This document shows positions 27,216-45,840 of a stretch of 64,000 bases of DNA, piece by piece. Within the stretch, counting starts at the first letter, position 1. Each line of letters begins with the position of its first letter. The translations under genes and the position numbers were made by a program. The notes beneath the pieces are model-generated. The model did not search any database. It saw nothing but the letters and a program-made list of their open reading frames with translations, and was not told the origin of the DNA. This stretch comes from Paraspadella gotoi (lineage: Eukaryota; Animalia; Chaetognatha), in NCBI GenBank assembly GCA_051294375.1, contig JBJCIZ010000239.1:3716461-3780460 (forward strand), written 5' to 3'.

Positions 27216-27570
27216 TCTCCTGCGATGCTGGCCTTCGCTTTTCCACTGAGACGAATACTCAATCGCTTGAATAACTACATTTAGATAAATAGATTCGTAA
27301 ATCAATATTTCAAACAGCGACGAGGAAAATGTTTGGGATGCCCGGAGTATAAGGCATCTCACCAATCTCTGGACCTGAAGTAACCACGACATGTCACGAC
27401 ATGTCACGACATGTCACGACATGTCACGACATGTCACTGACCTGAAGTAACCACGACATGTCACTGGCGGTTTTTTTTTACAATATACGATCACCGTTAC
27501 ACTTTACACTTTAAACAGTGTCGGCTGTCTAAGCAGTGAGGGATGAGTAAGGGAGGCTAATTTCGAATAT

Positions 27571-27840
27571 TGTGGCAGCAAGACTAATAGCTGCCTTCGA
27601 CTGCTGTCCGTCCTCAGCCCCCTCGTGCTCAATGGCCTGAGCAGGGCAAATCATCTATTTCCATCCGCTGCGTCCCGGGTTCAATCCCCGCGGTATCCGT
27701 TTCTGCTTAAATGTGACGTGCCGGTATAAACCAGCCAGTAACAGGAAGGCGGTCATCGAGGGTCCGCCAGCCCCTCTACGCGGTTGGTTGATATACCCGT
27801 GCTGCCCCGGGTATCAACAGGCTATCCTCCCGTTGCCATA
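27571..27840 (+). mobile_element. Family C short element (TGTGGC...GTTGCCATA) with A/B-box-like motifs
   Basis: Perfect 4-bp TSD ATAT; internal TGCTCAATGG and GGGTTCAATCCC. Confidence 0.75.
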
Positions 27841-28531
27841 ATATCGTATTTAGTCGTTGCGTCAACTGAGAATCGAAACTTTGCGATCGAAATTCTTTTT
27901 CACGATTTGAAAAATCGTCTTTAGTTTCGTCGATCAGCCAATTCGCTGCTCGTAGACAAACCCCCCAAAAAAAACAATCATTTTCTCCATTAGTTGTTCA
28001 TTTGTTTTATTTTTACGAGACCCTATCGGCTAAACAAAACCAACACCTCCCCCCCCAAACAAAAAAAANNNNNNNNNNNNNNNNNNNNNNNNNNNNNNNN
28101 NNNNNNNNNNNNNNNNNNNNNNNNNNNNNNNNNNNNNNNNNNNNNNNNNNNNNNNNNNNNNNNNNNNNNNNNNNNNNNNNNNNNNNNNNNNNNNNNNNNN
28201 NNNNNNNNNNNNNNNNNNNNNNNNNNNNNNNNNNNNNATCCTTTCTGCAGCCTCGGACGTTGAAGACTCGATCTCTCGGATGGAGTTGCTCGTCCTCGTC
28301 CTCATGTTCCTCAGTCTTTGTCTCACGGTCGTCGTGATTTGGGATTTGCCCGACAGGCTCGACTCGCAGACTGAATCCCAGTGAATCTCGAATGGAACTG
28401 TGAATAAACTTCAAGATCGTTAATCTTCGAGTATTGAATTTTGTGAAGTTAAGGTTAAACAATAACTGATAAAGCTGAACCTACGAAATAAAACGCCGAA
28501 AGCGCCATCTATTTATCTCAACAAAAACAAA

Positions 28532-36003
<7,472 letters not shown>

Positions 36004-36620
36004 GAGGAAGAGGAGGAAGAAAAGGAGGAAGAGAATGCTTTAGTTTTCGAGTGGTAGGAGGAAGAGGAAGAAGAAAATACTTTAGTTTTCAAGCAGTAGG
36101 AGGAAGAGGAAGAGGAGAATGCTTTAGTTTTAAAGTCGTAAGAGAAAGAGGAGAAGAAGGTAGATGTGGATACTGGATACTATCCAGTGGATAGCCCTTT
36201 TCTTAAAATATTTAAAGTAAGTGGATAAAGCAGGTAGTGAAATAAATGAAGATGAGAATGAGAATGAAAAGAGAAAGGCATTAAGAAAGATTAGATAATG
36301 AAATTTCTTTAAGTTTAAATGAAAAAGTATTGTTTAAATTTGTCTGAATGTAAAAATTAATAGACGAAAAAATACCGCGTTTTTTTTTTCCAACGAGTAA
36401 TCTCAAAGCTGTTAGTTGGCGAGAGGAATACGTGAAAAATTATCATTCCTCAATTTCCTCGCTTCGGAAAATTTTTCCTAGTATACAATTGACTCAATAT
36501 ATATTTCATTTTTAAAAATTAACAAATCGACTTTAAAAAAAAAAAAAGAAGCTGGAAACGCTCTACTTCCTGGCGACGCCCTCCGTCTCCTCCCCCCCCA
36601 ATTAACTGGACCCACAAGAC

Positions 36621-39351
36621 TCACAATAATCCCTTAAAAGTCAACCAGGGTCGATCCTCGATCTTTCTCGAACACTTGGTCAATTCCGCTTCGCCCAAGA
36701 TGCGAAGGTCGTCCTCGGGATTGTCGAGGATCGAGGCGTCGGAGAAGAGCAGCGCGTCGTCGAGATCGTGCTTGAGGGGGACGCAGGCGCCGCCGACGCA
36801 GAAGGCGCCGCGACGCAGGTTGAGCTTGGCGCCGTGGACTCGCATGAAGTCCCAGCCTTTGAGGAAAATGAGGTGGAGGAGGAGGAGGAGGCAGAAAAGT
36901 GGGCGGATTTTTAATTTACTGACCAAAAATGAGCGGAACGAATAAACTGACCCTCAATGACCCAAAATAAGCAAAACGAGCAAACTCATCCAGAATGAAC
37001 GAACTGACCCGAAATTAGGGGAATGAACAACAAACTGACCAAAATTAAACATATCGAACTGTCTAAAAAAATTAACAAAATAAGAAAACTTCCCTAAAAT
37101 GAGCGGAACGAATTGACTAAGAATGGAGAAAACGAGCCCCCCGAAAAGTTGCCCCACTTACCCCCTCCCCCAAAAAAAAATAAAGCAGACGCCAAAATAA
37201 GCGGAAACTAATAAACTGGCCCAAAATGACATAAACTGACCCAAAATAAGCGAAACTAATAAACTGGCCCAAAATGACATAAAACTGACCCAAAATAAGC
37301 GAAACTAATAAACTGGCCCAAAATGACATAAAACTGACCCAAAATAAGCGAAACTAATAAACTGGCCCAAAATGACATAAACTGACCAAAATAAGCGAAA
37401 CTAATAAACTGCCCAAAATGACATAAAACTGACCCAAAATAAGCGAAACTAATAAACTGGCCCAAAATGACATAAAACTGACCCAAAATGAGCGGAGTGG
37501 TGAGGTTGCTGATGACGATGAACTCGTGACTCAACTTTTGATCCTCGATTCCGATCGAGAGAGAAATTTCGCCGAGAGCCGGAACGAGCCCGCCGTTCAC
37601 TGCGCGGATGATCTGTGGGGGTGGAGAGAATCGGGTCCATCTTATCAATCGAATCAACCTATCAATCAATCGATCGATCGACTCATCAATCAATCAGTTA
37701 AATTTATCCATCGATTTTTTTCCCATCAATTCATCGAATCAATTCATCGAATCCCTATTTTTTCAATTGAGTCAAAATGACCAAAAAAAATGTTTTAAGC
37801 CGTGCGAAAAAGACCAAGACTATCGATAAATAAGTTAATTATTTATTAACGATCAATCAAAATCCAATCAAAACCAATCAATCCTTTTCCCCCCACCACC
37901 GACGTCGGCTTGATGTTCTCGATCGTCTTCCTCGGCATCACAGCTACCACCGCCGGGTGAATGATGGAGACCTGAGCCCCCGTGTCCAGCAGGGCTTCGA
38001 GGAGGCGAGGGTGGCCGCGCTGGAGACGGGATGATGTCGAAGAATCGGACGTTGATGGGAAAACGAGGAATTGGCGTCGGCGGAAACAAAGAAACAATGT
38101 CATGCTTCTCTGAGAGCGTGGATAGCCCCCACACTTAGTGTGCCCAGTGGGTCTGGGAGATTTTTCCGTCATTTGCCTTGCTTATAGGAAGTTCGGGTCC
38201 GGCGGTAGGCTTGCTACCGGTGGTTTAACCGTCCCTTCAATCTTTTTTCAAAGACTGTTCCGACCAGGGGCGAGAACCCGTGACCATTGGGTTCCGGAGA
38301 TGACGCATTAGCCCAGTGCTCTATTACGGCGCTGATGGAAGGAACAGTCGTATCCAACGGGTAGTGTATATTACATCACTACAAGCTCTTAAGAAACGCG
38401 TATAAGAAAAGGAATCTGACAGATGTATTGATATATATACTCAATGTTTCGAAATCTGCAACACGCAATTGGCAATCTGACCGGAGTCTTGATGGCGACC
38501 AGAATCTCGGACAACGAATCGTGATCGTTGATGTCGCAGAAATCTAAGACGGAGGGAATTCTGGTGATGGGGACGAAACTGATGGGGATGGAGAAAGGGA
38601 TGATGGAGAAAAGGATGATGGAGAGAGGGAGATGGGGGGAAAAAGTTATTGTGAGAGGAAATCGAAGGGCGAAGTCAAATACGTGGATCGTATTTTTCGA
38701 CTTTGCCTCGTTTCGCTTGATTGGCGATATAAATTGATTTTTTTTACATTTAATAATTAAAAATTAAAGATAAATTAAGTTTAAAATAAGTTTAAAGACA
38801 TAATTACAGATTAGGATAATCGTGAAGAATTAAGGTTAAAGATTATGGTATGGTGGACTAAAATCCACCAACCGTTCATCAGCGGCCATTGGTGCCGGAG
38901 GCAAGTCAATCGCCTCCCAACCCAAAGGTCCGGGGTTCTAGCCCGGTGGTCGTCTGGCAGTTAAGAGGGACGGGGCGCTTAACCCGCCTGTAGCATGGTG
39001 TTACATCCTGATCCGAAGCTCAGGGACTGCTTACATTGAACGGTTCTGTCATTAACACTTAAGTTAAATTCTGGGATGAGAAACAGAAATAAGGCGCTTT
39101 TGGAAAATAGTGCCCAGCACACTGGGCTTCCAAACTGATTCTCCTATTTTTTTTCTAACTTTCTCTTATCCCGCACACCGCGGTTCGACGCCTCACCCGG
39201 GAATCGCGTATTCGATGGCACACCGCGTCTTAGTCGGGAATAAGTCGGAGCTCCAGTTTTCTACTTCGGATTCGTACGAATTTTGATTCAGGTTCACGTT
39301 AACGAAGATGAGGATAGTAAAGACGGCGGACAGAATGAAGTAGACGAACAT
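36621..39351 (-). CDS. Intron-containing retropepsin-like (retroviral/Ty3-gypsy-type) aspartic protease, about 245 aa; exons 39351-39197, 38578-38482, 38019-37900, 37612-37483, 36856-36621
   Basis: ALLDTGAQVSII catalytic motif, IRAVNGG flap, PLILGWDFM closing motif; four GT-AG introns with phases 2,0,0,1 all compatible; hydrophobic N-terminus MFVYFILSAVFTILIFV. Confidence 0.85.
36915..37490. repeat. About 49-bp minisatellite (two related subunits) filling the last intron of the protease gene
   Basis: CTGACCCAAAATAAGCGAAACTAATAAACTGGCCCAAAATGACATAAAA repeated about 6 times, decaying toward 36915. Confidence 0.93.
38849..39057 (+). mobile_element. Family B copy, nested in a telomere-like-repeat TIR element within protease intron 1
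   Basis: Colinear with 19801-20009; TATGGT...TAACA termini. Confidence 0.78.
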
Positions 39352-40227
39352 CGCAAATCAAAACAAAAAACAACAAAAACAAAATAATAAAAAAAATATA
39401 CAAAAATATGTCCTTGAACTAGAATGGGCGTGACGGTTTCTCGAATTCCGATTTTTTTTTTTCTCGTGGGTAACGAAAATTCTAAAGACAATTTTTCTTT
39501 ATTGAAAAAAAAACTAAATTCGAACTTTATTGATTCATTTTGTGATTAAGTTACATGTTCTGAAATGTTTTGACTCGGTTCAAAATGAAAAAAAAAAAGG
39601 AACAAAGCATGTTTTTTTTTCCGTGACTTTTATTTCGAACGTGATACATGGAATGAATTTGAAAACGAAACGTGAAAAGATTATAAATAATGAAAAACTA
39701 AAACGAAAAATCAAAACGAATTGAAATGGAATGATTTTGAAAATAATAATATTCTTTCTTTCTCTCCTTCACTCTTCTCTCCTTTTCTCTACTCTCTTCT
39801 CTTCTCTCCTTTTACCTACTCTCTTCCTCTTCTCTCTTTTTCTTCTACTCTCTTCTCTTCTCTCCTTTTCTCTACTCTTTCTCTTCTCTCCTTTTCTCTA
39901 CTCTCTTCTCTTCTCTCCCTTTTCTCTACTCTCTTCTCTTCTCTCCTTTTCTCTACTCTCTTCTCTTCTCTTCCTTTCTCTACTCCCTCTTCTCTTCTCT
40001 CCTTTTTCTCTACTCTCTTCTCTTCTCTCCTCTCTCTCCTTTTCTCTACTCTCTTCTCTTCTCTCCTTTTTTCTCTTCTCTTCTCTCCTTTTCTCTACTC
40101 TCTTCTTTCCTCCTCCTTAACTCACCTTTCCTCAGCGGCTCAGCCTCTCTTCACCTCCTCTCCTCTATCCTCTTTCTCTCTCTCTCTCTCTCTCTCGCTC
40201 ATTTCCCCCTCCTCTCCCACTCTCCCC

Positions 40228-43200
40228 CTACCCCTTCCGACTCTTCGCGTCGAACCGTTCCCAACTGGCGGCGAACAAGGCGGACAAGAACGCCAACAAC
40301 GCCGCCTGTACGCCCATGTGGACGGCGGAATTCATCCAGAATCCGGCCCAGAGAGGACCGAGGACGTTGCCTCCTAAACGTGCCGCCTCGATGATTCCCT
40401 GGAAAGAAGAAGAAAGTTTTTTTAGAAATTAATTATTTCAATAGGTCCGTCCGTCTTAAATGTAAAAGTATCCATTCATTCAATAAATGACTTATTCAAA
40501 GCTAAAAAAAAAGCATCTATGTTTTTCTAATTGCACCTTTGCCAAAATCCATAATCCCCACACTTCCGCAACAAAATCCAGACATCCTGACCGCATATAC
40601 CCCCACAAACCACCCTCCCCCTTCGCCCCCCTCCAACCTCACCTGCCAAAACCCTTGCCGCTCCAGCGCCACCAACGGCGACAAAACCGTGGACGCCAAG
40701 ATGCACACTGCGTGGGAGGAGACGATCATGAGCACAGCGGCGAAGCCCACCGACGCCTCTCGGGTCAGCGTGAGCCGGTAGGCGTGGCCGAGACGGAGCC
40801 GGGCATCGATGGCCGTCGTCCAGGTGAGGGCGCCGATGACGACGGAGACGAAGCTGAAGACGATGACGCCGAAGGTGAACCGGCGCTGGTCGAGGAAGGA
40901 GCCCAGCTGGGGGTGAAGGTTGGGGGGGGGGAGGTGAGAGAGATGGGGGGAGGTGGGCACTAAGGCGTAGTAAAAATTATAAATTAAAATTAAATTAAAA
41001 TTCGAAAAGTGAGGAAGGAACAACATTATACTGTGGATTCGATCCCCGAATAAGTTTTATATAAGTTTTATATAAGGAACTTGAGAAGTGAGGCAGATGT
41101 GAGCTCACAGTGATTATTCACTCGTGGCTCAGAGATTCGGGGATCGAATCCACAATACTAATGAACATTTATTAAACAAGTTTGAGCAAACAACGTCGGA
41201 TATGCCCACGATCATTATCGGTAATTAATTAATAATTAAATAATTCAAGTTAATTAATTAGGCAATTAATTAATTAATTTGATCCCAAATGTTTTTTTAG
41301 GTCTTTTCGTCACTAACCACGAGAATAATGCCAATAACGATTGACTTAATTGACTGATTAAATAATTAATTGTTTGATTAATTTATACATCTTGCATTTA
41401 CATTTAAAATAAAAAGAAAAAGAAGCATAATCAATTAGTGAAACAGGTTATTTGTTTTTTCCATATAAACTCATTTCCACTCAAACGATTCCATCGAAAC
41501 TTAATTTCCAGCTTAATAACAAACTTTCCAACCCGCATACAAAATTTCAGGTCAATCGCCCCATCCACTCGTGAGTAATTGGCGTTCAAATAGTGAAATA
41601 TATTTTTTTTGGTTTTTTTCATTTAAACTCATTCCCACTCGGACGATTCCTTCAAAAATTCATATCCAGCTCAATCACACACTTCCCTACCCACACATAA
41701 AATTTCATTCAAATAATGGGGTAAGCTGCGGGAAATGAATCGATATAAGAAATTGGTACAACCAATATAAAAATTATCCATTCATTCAATAAATAAGCTA
41801 TCTTGCCCCTGATTTTGGACAGGATATGTTGGTTTAAGGCCTCCATCACTCTTACAAGATAATAACCCTACAAGCTTTCCATCACGACTCTCTCACAGTC
41901 TCGTTCATTCACTCCCAGAGTACCTGGCTTCCCTTTCAAAGATAGTCGGTCCCCAACTAATCCCAGTCCTATTTCGAACAGAACCAATCTCGATGACCTT
42001 CCCTTTCCACCCCCCCACCCCCGAGTCCCTCACCTTCAACAGCGCCACCAGGACGACTATCCCCACCAAGATGAGCCCCAGCGAGAGGTAAGGTCGGTTA
42101 AAGATCGTCCACTCGAAGATGAACTCGAAGAATGGAAACAAGGCCGTCTCCAGGCAACCCTCGATAAACTTGGAGGCGAATCCCATAAAGACGACGACGA
42201 CGAGCTCGTCGCGAGTCGCGGAGAGGAACGAGGAGAAGTTGGAACGGAAGGCGGAGAGGCGTTTCGAGGGGGAGAGAGAAGAGAGGGAGAGGGAGGGGAG
42301 AGAGAGGGAGGAGGAGGAGGAAGAGAGGGAGGAACGGCGATGACCTTTCTCGTCGTCGTATCTGAGAAAGAGGGGAAAGTGGGGGGATTTGAATTGATTT
42401 AATCAAATCGATTAAATCAACTATATCGATTCTAACGAATTTGTTAATTTTTTTTTTGTTTGGAATTCATTCTAGTCAAAAAACAAGATTTCACCCCGAG
42501 TGAAAAAATAATTTATACATTGATACATTAATGCATACATGTATTAATTATCGGATCAACCAAAACAAACCAATTGATTGATTTGAGCTGAGGCTGTTGA
42601 TTTACAAGGACATTTTTCGTCAATCAATTTTATACACAAATCCATAAATCGATATCTTTAATATAAATCAATTACTCGGTTTTAAAACGTTTTTAACCGG
42701 TCCAACGCCGTCAAATTAAAAACCTTACCGCCAATCGTCGAAATAGAGAAAAGCGGAGAGCGCCATCTGGACGACGAAGAGCAAGGCGGCGATTAGACCC
42801 GTGACCGTGAGACGATCAACGACGACGCCGAAGAATTTAAAGTCGACGCCGTTGAGGGTCGGCGTGATCACGTAGCCAAGGACGTTGCCCACCACCTTGT
42901 TTGGAAGGGACGGGGGGTTTGGTTTTAAAATAAGTTAGATTAAATTTTGATTTAAACTTAATTAGTTTACTGGAGCTGTTGATAATTAATTATTATTAAT
43001 AATTGTTACAAACATCCGCTTGTCAACCAAAACAACGGAGTTCTGCAAACAATATGTACTAAATTATTTTGTATATTACGTCAAGCTTTTCATTCAAGAG
43101 ACACACACAACCTAAATTAATGAAAATGTATATTATTCCCGTAACTATGAATTTCAATAAATAAGCTATTATGGCAACGGGGGGGGGACATGTGTGATGC

Positions 43201-44546
43201 CTGGGGTGTGAGGTATCTCCCGACAGCTGGCGCTCTGGGCTTTGGACCTGCAGTGATCACCCCATGTCACTGGCGTGTTTATGCCGACACCATCACACTT
43301 TAACCCAGCGAATTTAGGATTCGCCACACTATCTTGCCCCCGACTTTGGACAAGCTATGGTGGGTTAAGGAGTCAAGACCTCTTACCATACAAGATAAAA
43401 ACTTAACAGGACTCTGCAAGCTTTAAAAATCAAGACCCTTAGTCTCTTACAACGTAGTTTATCAACACCAAGCGAGCCTGACATCCCTATGAATGAAATG
43501 TGTCAAATACATCTGTACATACATATACATATACATATACATACATATGTATCGCTCCACAAGCTCCCCGCCTTCCCTTCAAACGTCCCGATGCCACAAC
43601 CTGCATGATAAGCACGTTGGTGATGACCCTCGTCCGATCGGCGAGGGATTCTTCGGTGGCGGCGGCGTCGACGGCCCCGGGATGGGCGTGGCACGGGGTC
43701 GGCGTCGGGGGTTTGTCGCCGGGGGCGGGAGTGGCGGCGGGAGTGGCGTACACGGAACCGTCGTCGTCGTCGTCTTCAAGGTCGTCGTCTTCAAGCTCCT
43801 CGTCCGAGTCGTCCGTCAAGGCGTCGGCCCGCGCCTTGGCCGCCGACGCCCGAGCGACGTCCGACAGCATCGCAGGTCGGGCGGCGGCGCCGGCGCCCGA
43901 CAGAGCCCGACCGAAGAAGACCATCCATTTGTCGAAGGCGAGGAACCAGAGGGTAGAGCCAGCGATCTTTTTTGAGGAAGGGGGGGGGAAGAAAAGGTTA
44001 TCAAGTTTTTCACCGAACCCATTCAGCCGTGCACGGACTTACTCACGCGCTCACTCACTCCCGCCCGCAATCACTCATTCGCTAACTCGCATACTCCACT
44101 CACTCACTTAGTCCGCTCACTTTTGGCCATGTGATATTAATTAACTAAACCCTTACCTTCAACCCCTATCCCGACGGAGTAAGTCAAACCGGCTCCCGCC
44201 CGCCCCCGGCCCCTTACCTTGAGTCCGCAGCCGAAAAGCAGGAGGCATTTGGCGGATCGACGCTCGTCGGCGACTTTCCCGAAGAGCGGGCTGAGAACGA
44301 AGGAAGAGAGACAGAAAACGGCGACGACGGCGCCTGGAAAAGTTGGGGGGGGGAGGGAGTTAAGGGGAGAATCGAAGAGGATTATTTATTAAGTTTTTTC
44401 TTTTATAACATTTTTCATAATATTTTAATAGATTCGATTTATTTATTACGAAGAATTCGTAACGATATATAATTCGAGAGTAAATTAAAACCGGTATTTA
44501 TCGGGCAAATAAAAAGTGTAATTTATTGTATTATGATTCTCACCTA

Positions 44547-44577
<31 letters not shown>

Positions 44578-44945
44578 CTTAATTACCTCTATCAACATTA
44601 TTATTTCATATTTCACTGGTTTTATCATCTAAACCTCACTACCCCCCCCCCCACATTTTACTCACCCAAAAACCAATCGCCCTCGGGCAGCTCGAACCTC
44701 TTCTCCAGCAGCAGCCAGAGGGTAGGTATCACGAATCCCGACTCCAGTCCGTCCAGAAAGAAAAAAGCTCCTATGAGGGCGAAGGTGGATCGACGGCGTC
44801 TGTCGGCCGTGGAAGGGACTTTGTCGGCTTCGGAACCCTTTGCGTCGGTCAAGGCGGGCTCCGGCGGCGATGAAGCTGGGCTGACCGACGGCGGCCCGGA
44901 AGGTTCGGGCCTGCCCGACAAGAGTCGGGCGTTTTCGTCGGCCAT
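40228..44945 (-). CDS. MFS transporter, MFSD8/CLN7-like; exons 44945-44666, 44333-44218, 43966-43601, 42895-42729, 42361-42034, 40906-40643, 40398-40228
   Basis: FFLDGLESGFVIPTLW, SPLFGKVADERR (MFS motif A), GRALSGAG, LGGNVLGPLWAG; all junctions GT-AG and in phase. Confidence 0.88.
41032..41154. mobile_element. 123-bp MITE with TGT...ACA ends (Ginger-like)
   Basis: Perfect 20-bp TIR TGTGGATTCGATCCCCGAAT; perfect 4-bp TSD ATAC. Confidence 0.85.
43170..43328 (-). mobile_element. Family D 159-bp element (TGTGGCG...GTTGCCATA) inserted in another repeat
   Basis: Perfect TSD CTAT; splits the host sequence AATAAATAAGCTAT|CTTGCCCC, which is intact near 41790-41810; second partial copy at 1-92. Confidence 0.82.
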
Positions 44946-45787
44946 TTGGCGATCCCGGAGTTGAATACGCTCCGGAGGCTTATGGGAAAACGAAGAGAAA
45001 AAAGAAAAAAAAAAATAAAGCTCGTTTCTCTACGGAAAAAAAAAAAATTTAAGACCGTAACAACAATGATATTAAAAACGAGTTACGGATTTTTTTAAAA
45101 TTCTTTAAAAATGTTTTTTTTAATATTAGTAATTGTAATATTTTTTTTATTGCCTTTGATAGATATTTACAAAGTAACAGTTTTTGTTAGTGATTATCAC
45201 GTTCATTTAATAATTCGGATATGTTTTGGTTCTTGTTTTTCGAACCTTCATCAGCTAGTTTTAATAGTTTTAATAAATATTTGGATACTAACTTTGAGAG
45301 GCAATTTTAACCGGCCATTTCATAGAGGGTGCGTTATTGTTTCTTTAGCGAAGAGGGAAAGAGATTTTTGTTTTTAAATCTTGTTTTTGTTTTTGTTTTG
45401 TTTATAATTTGTTTAATTTAATTTCCACGTTGTAAAAACGATATCCAACCTTATCGTAACAGCTTTTTTTTTCTTATCCAAGTTTTTTTGGTCACATTTT
45501 GTCAACTTCTTAGTTTCCAGTCTATCCAGTTTCTTTCCTTTCAAAAAGGGAAAAAGTTAAGATCGAGGTTAACAAAAGGTTTTTTTGTTCATATTACCTT
45601 TTCTTATATCCAGCCGAGTTTCTCGATTGTTTTAATTCTTAATTTTAAAATACATTAATTTGTTTTAATTTATATTTTTTTTCTCTCATCTCGTAGAGAA
45701 GGAAAAAACTCGTCGATCGGTTTATAGTCAAAGAGATAATTGGCTTTTAACGCCCAGTCCCTGGTGGAGTCTCTTTTTGGTCGATGC

Positions 45788-45840
<53 letters not shown>

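Noticed and set aside
28240-28462. Possible minus-strand exon head-to-head with CFAP100
   Set aside because: Cut by an N gap; no motif support
39721-40377. 218-aa Ser/Leu/Phe ORF
   Set aside because: CT-rich degenerate minisatellite plus the antisense of the last MFS exon
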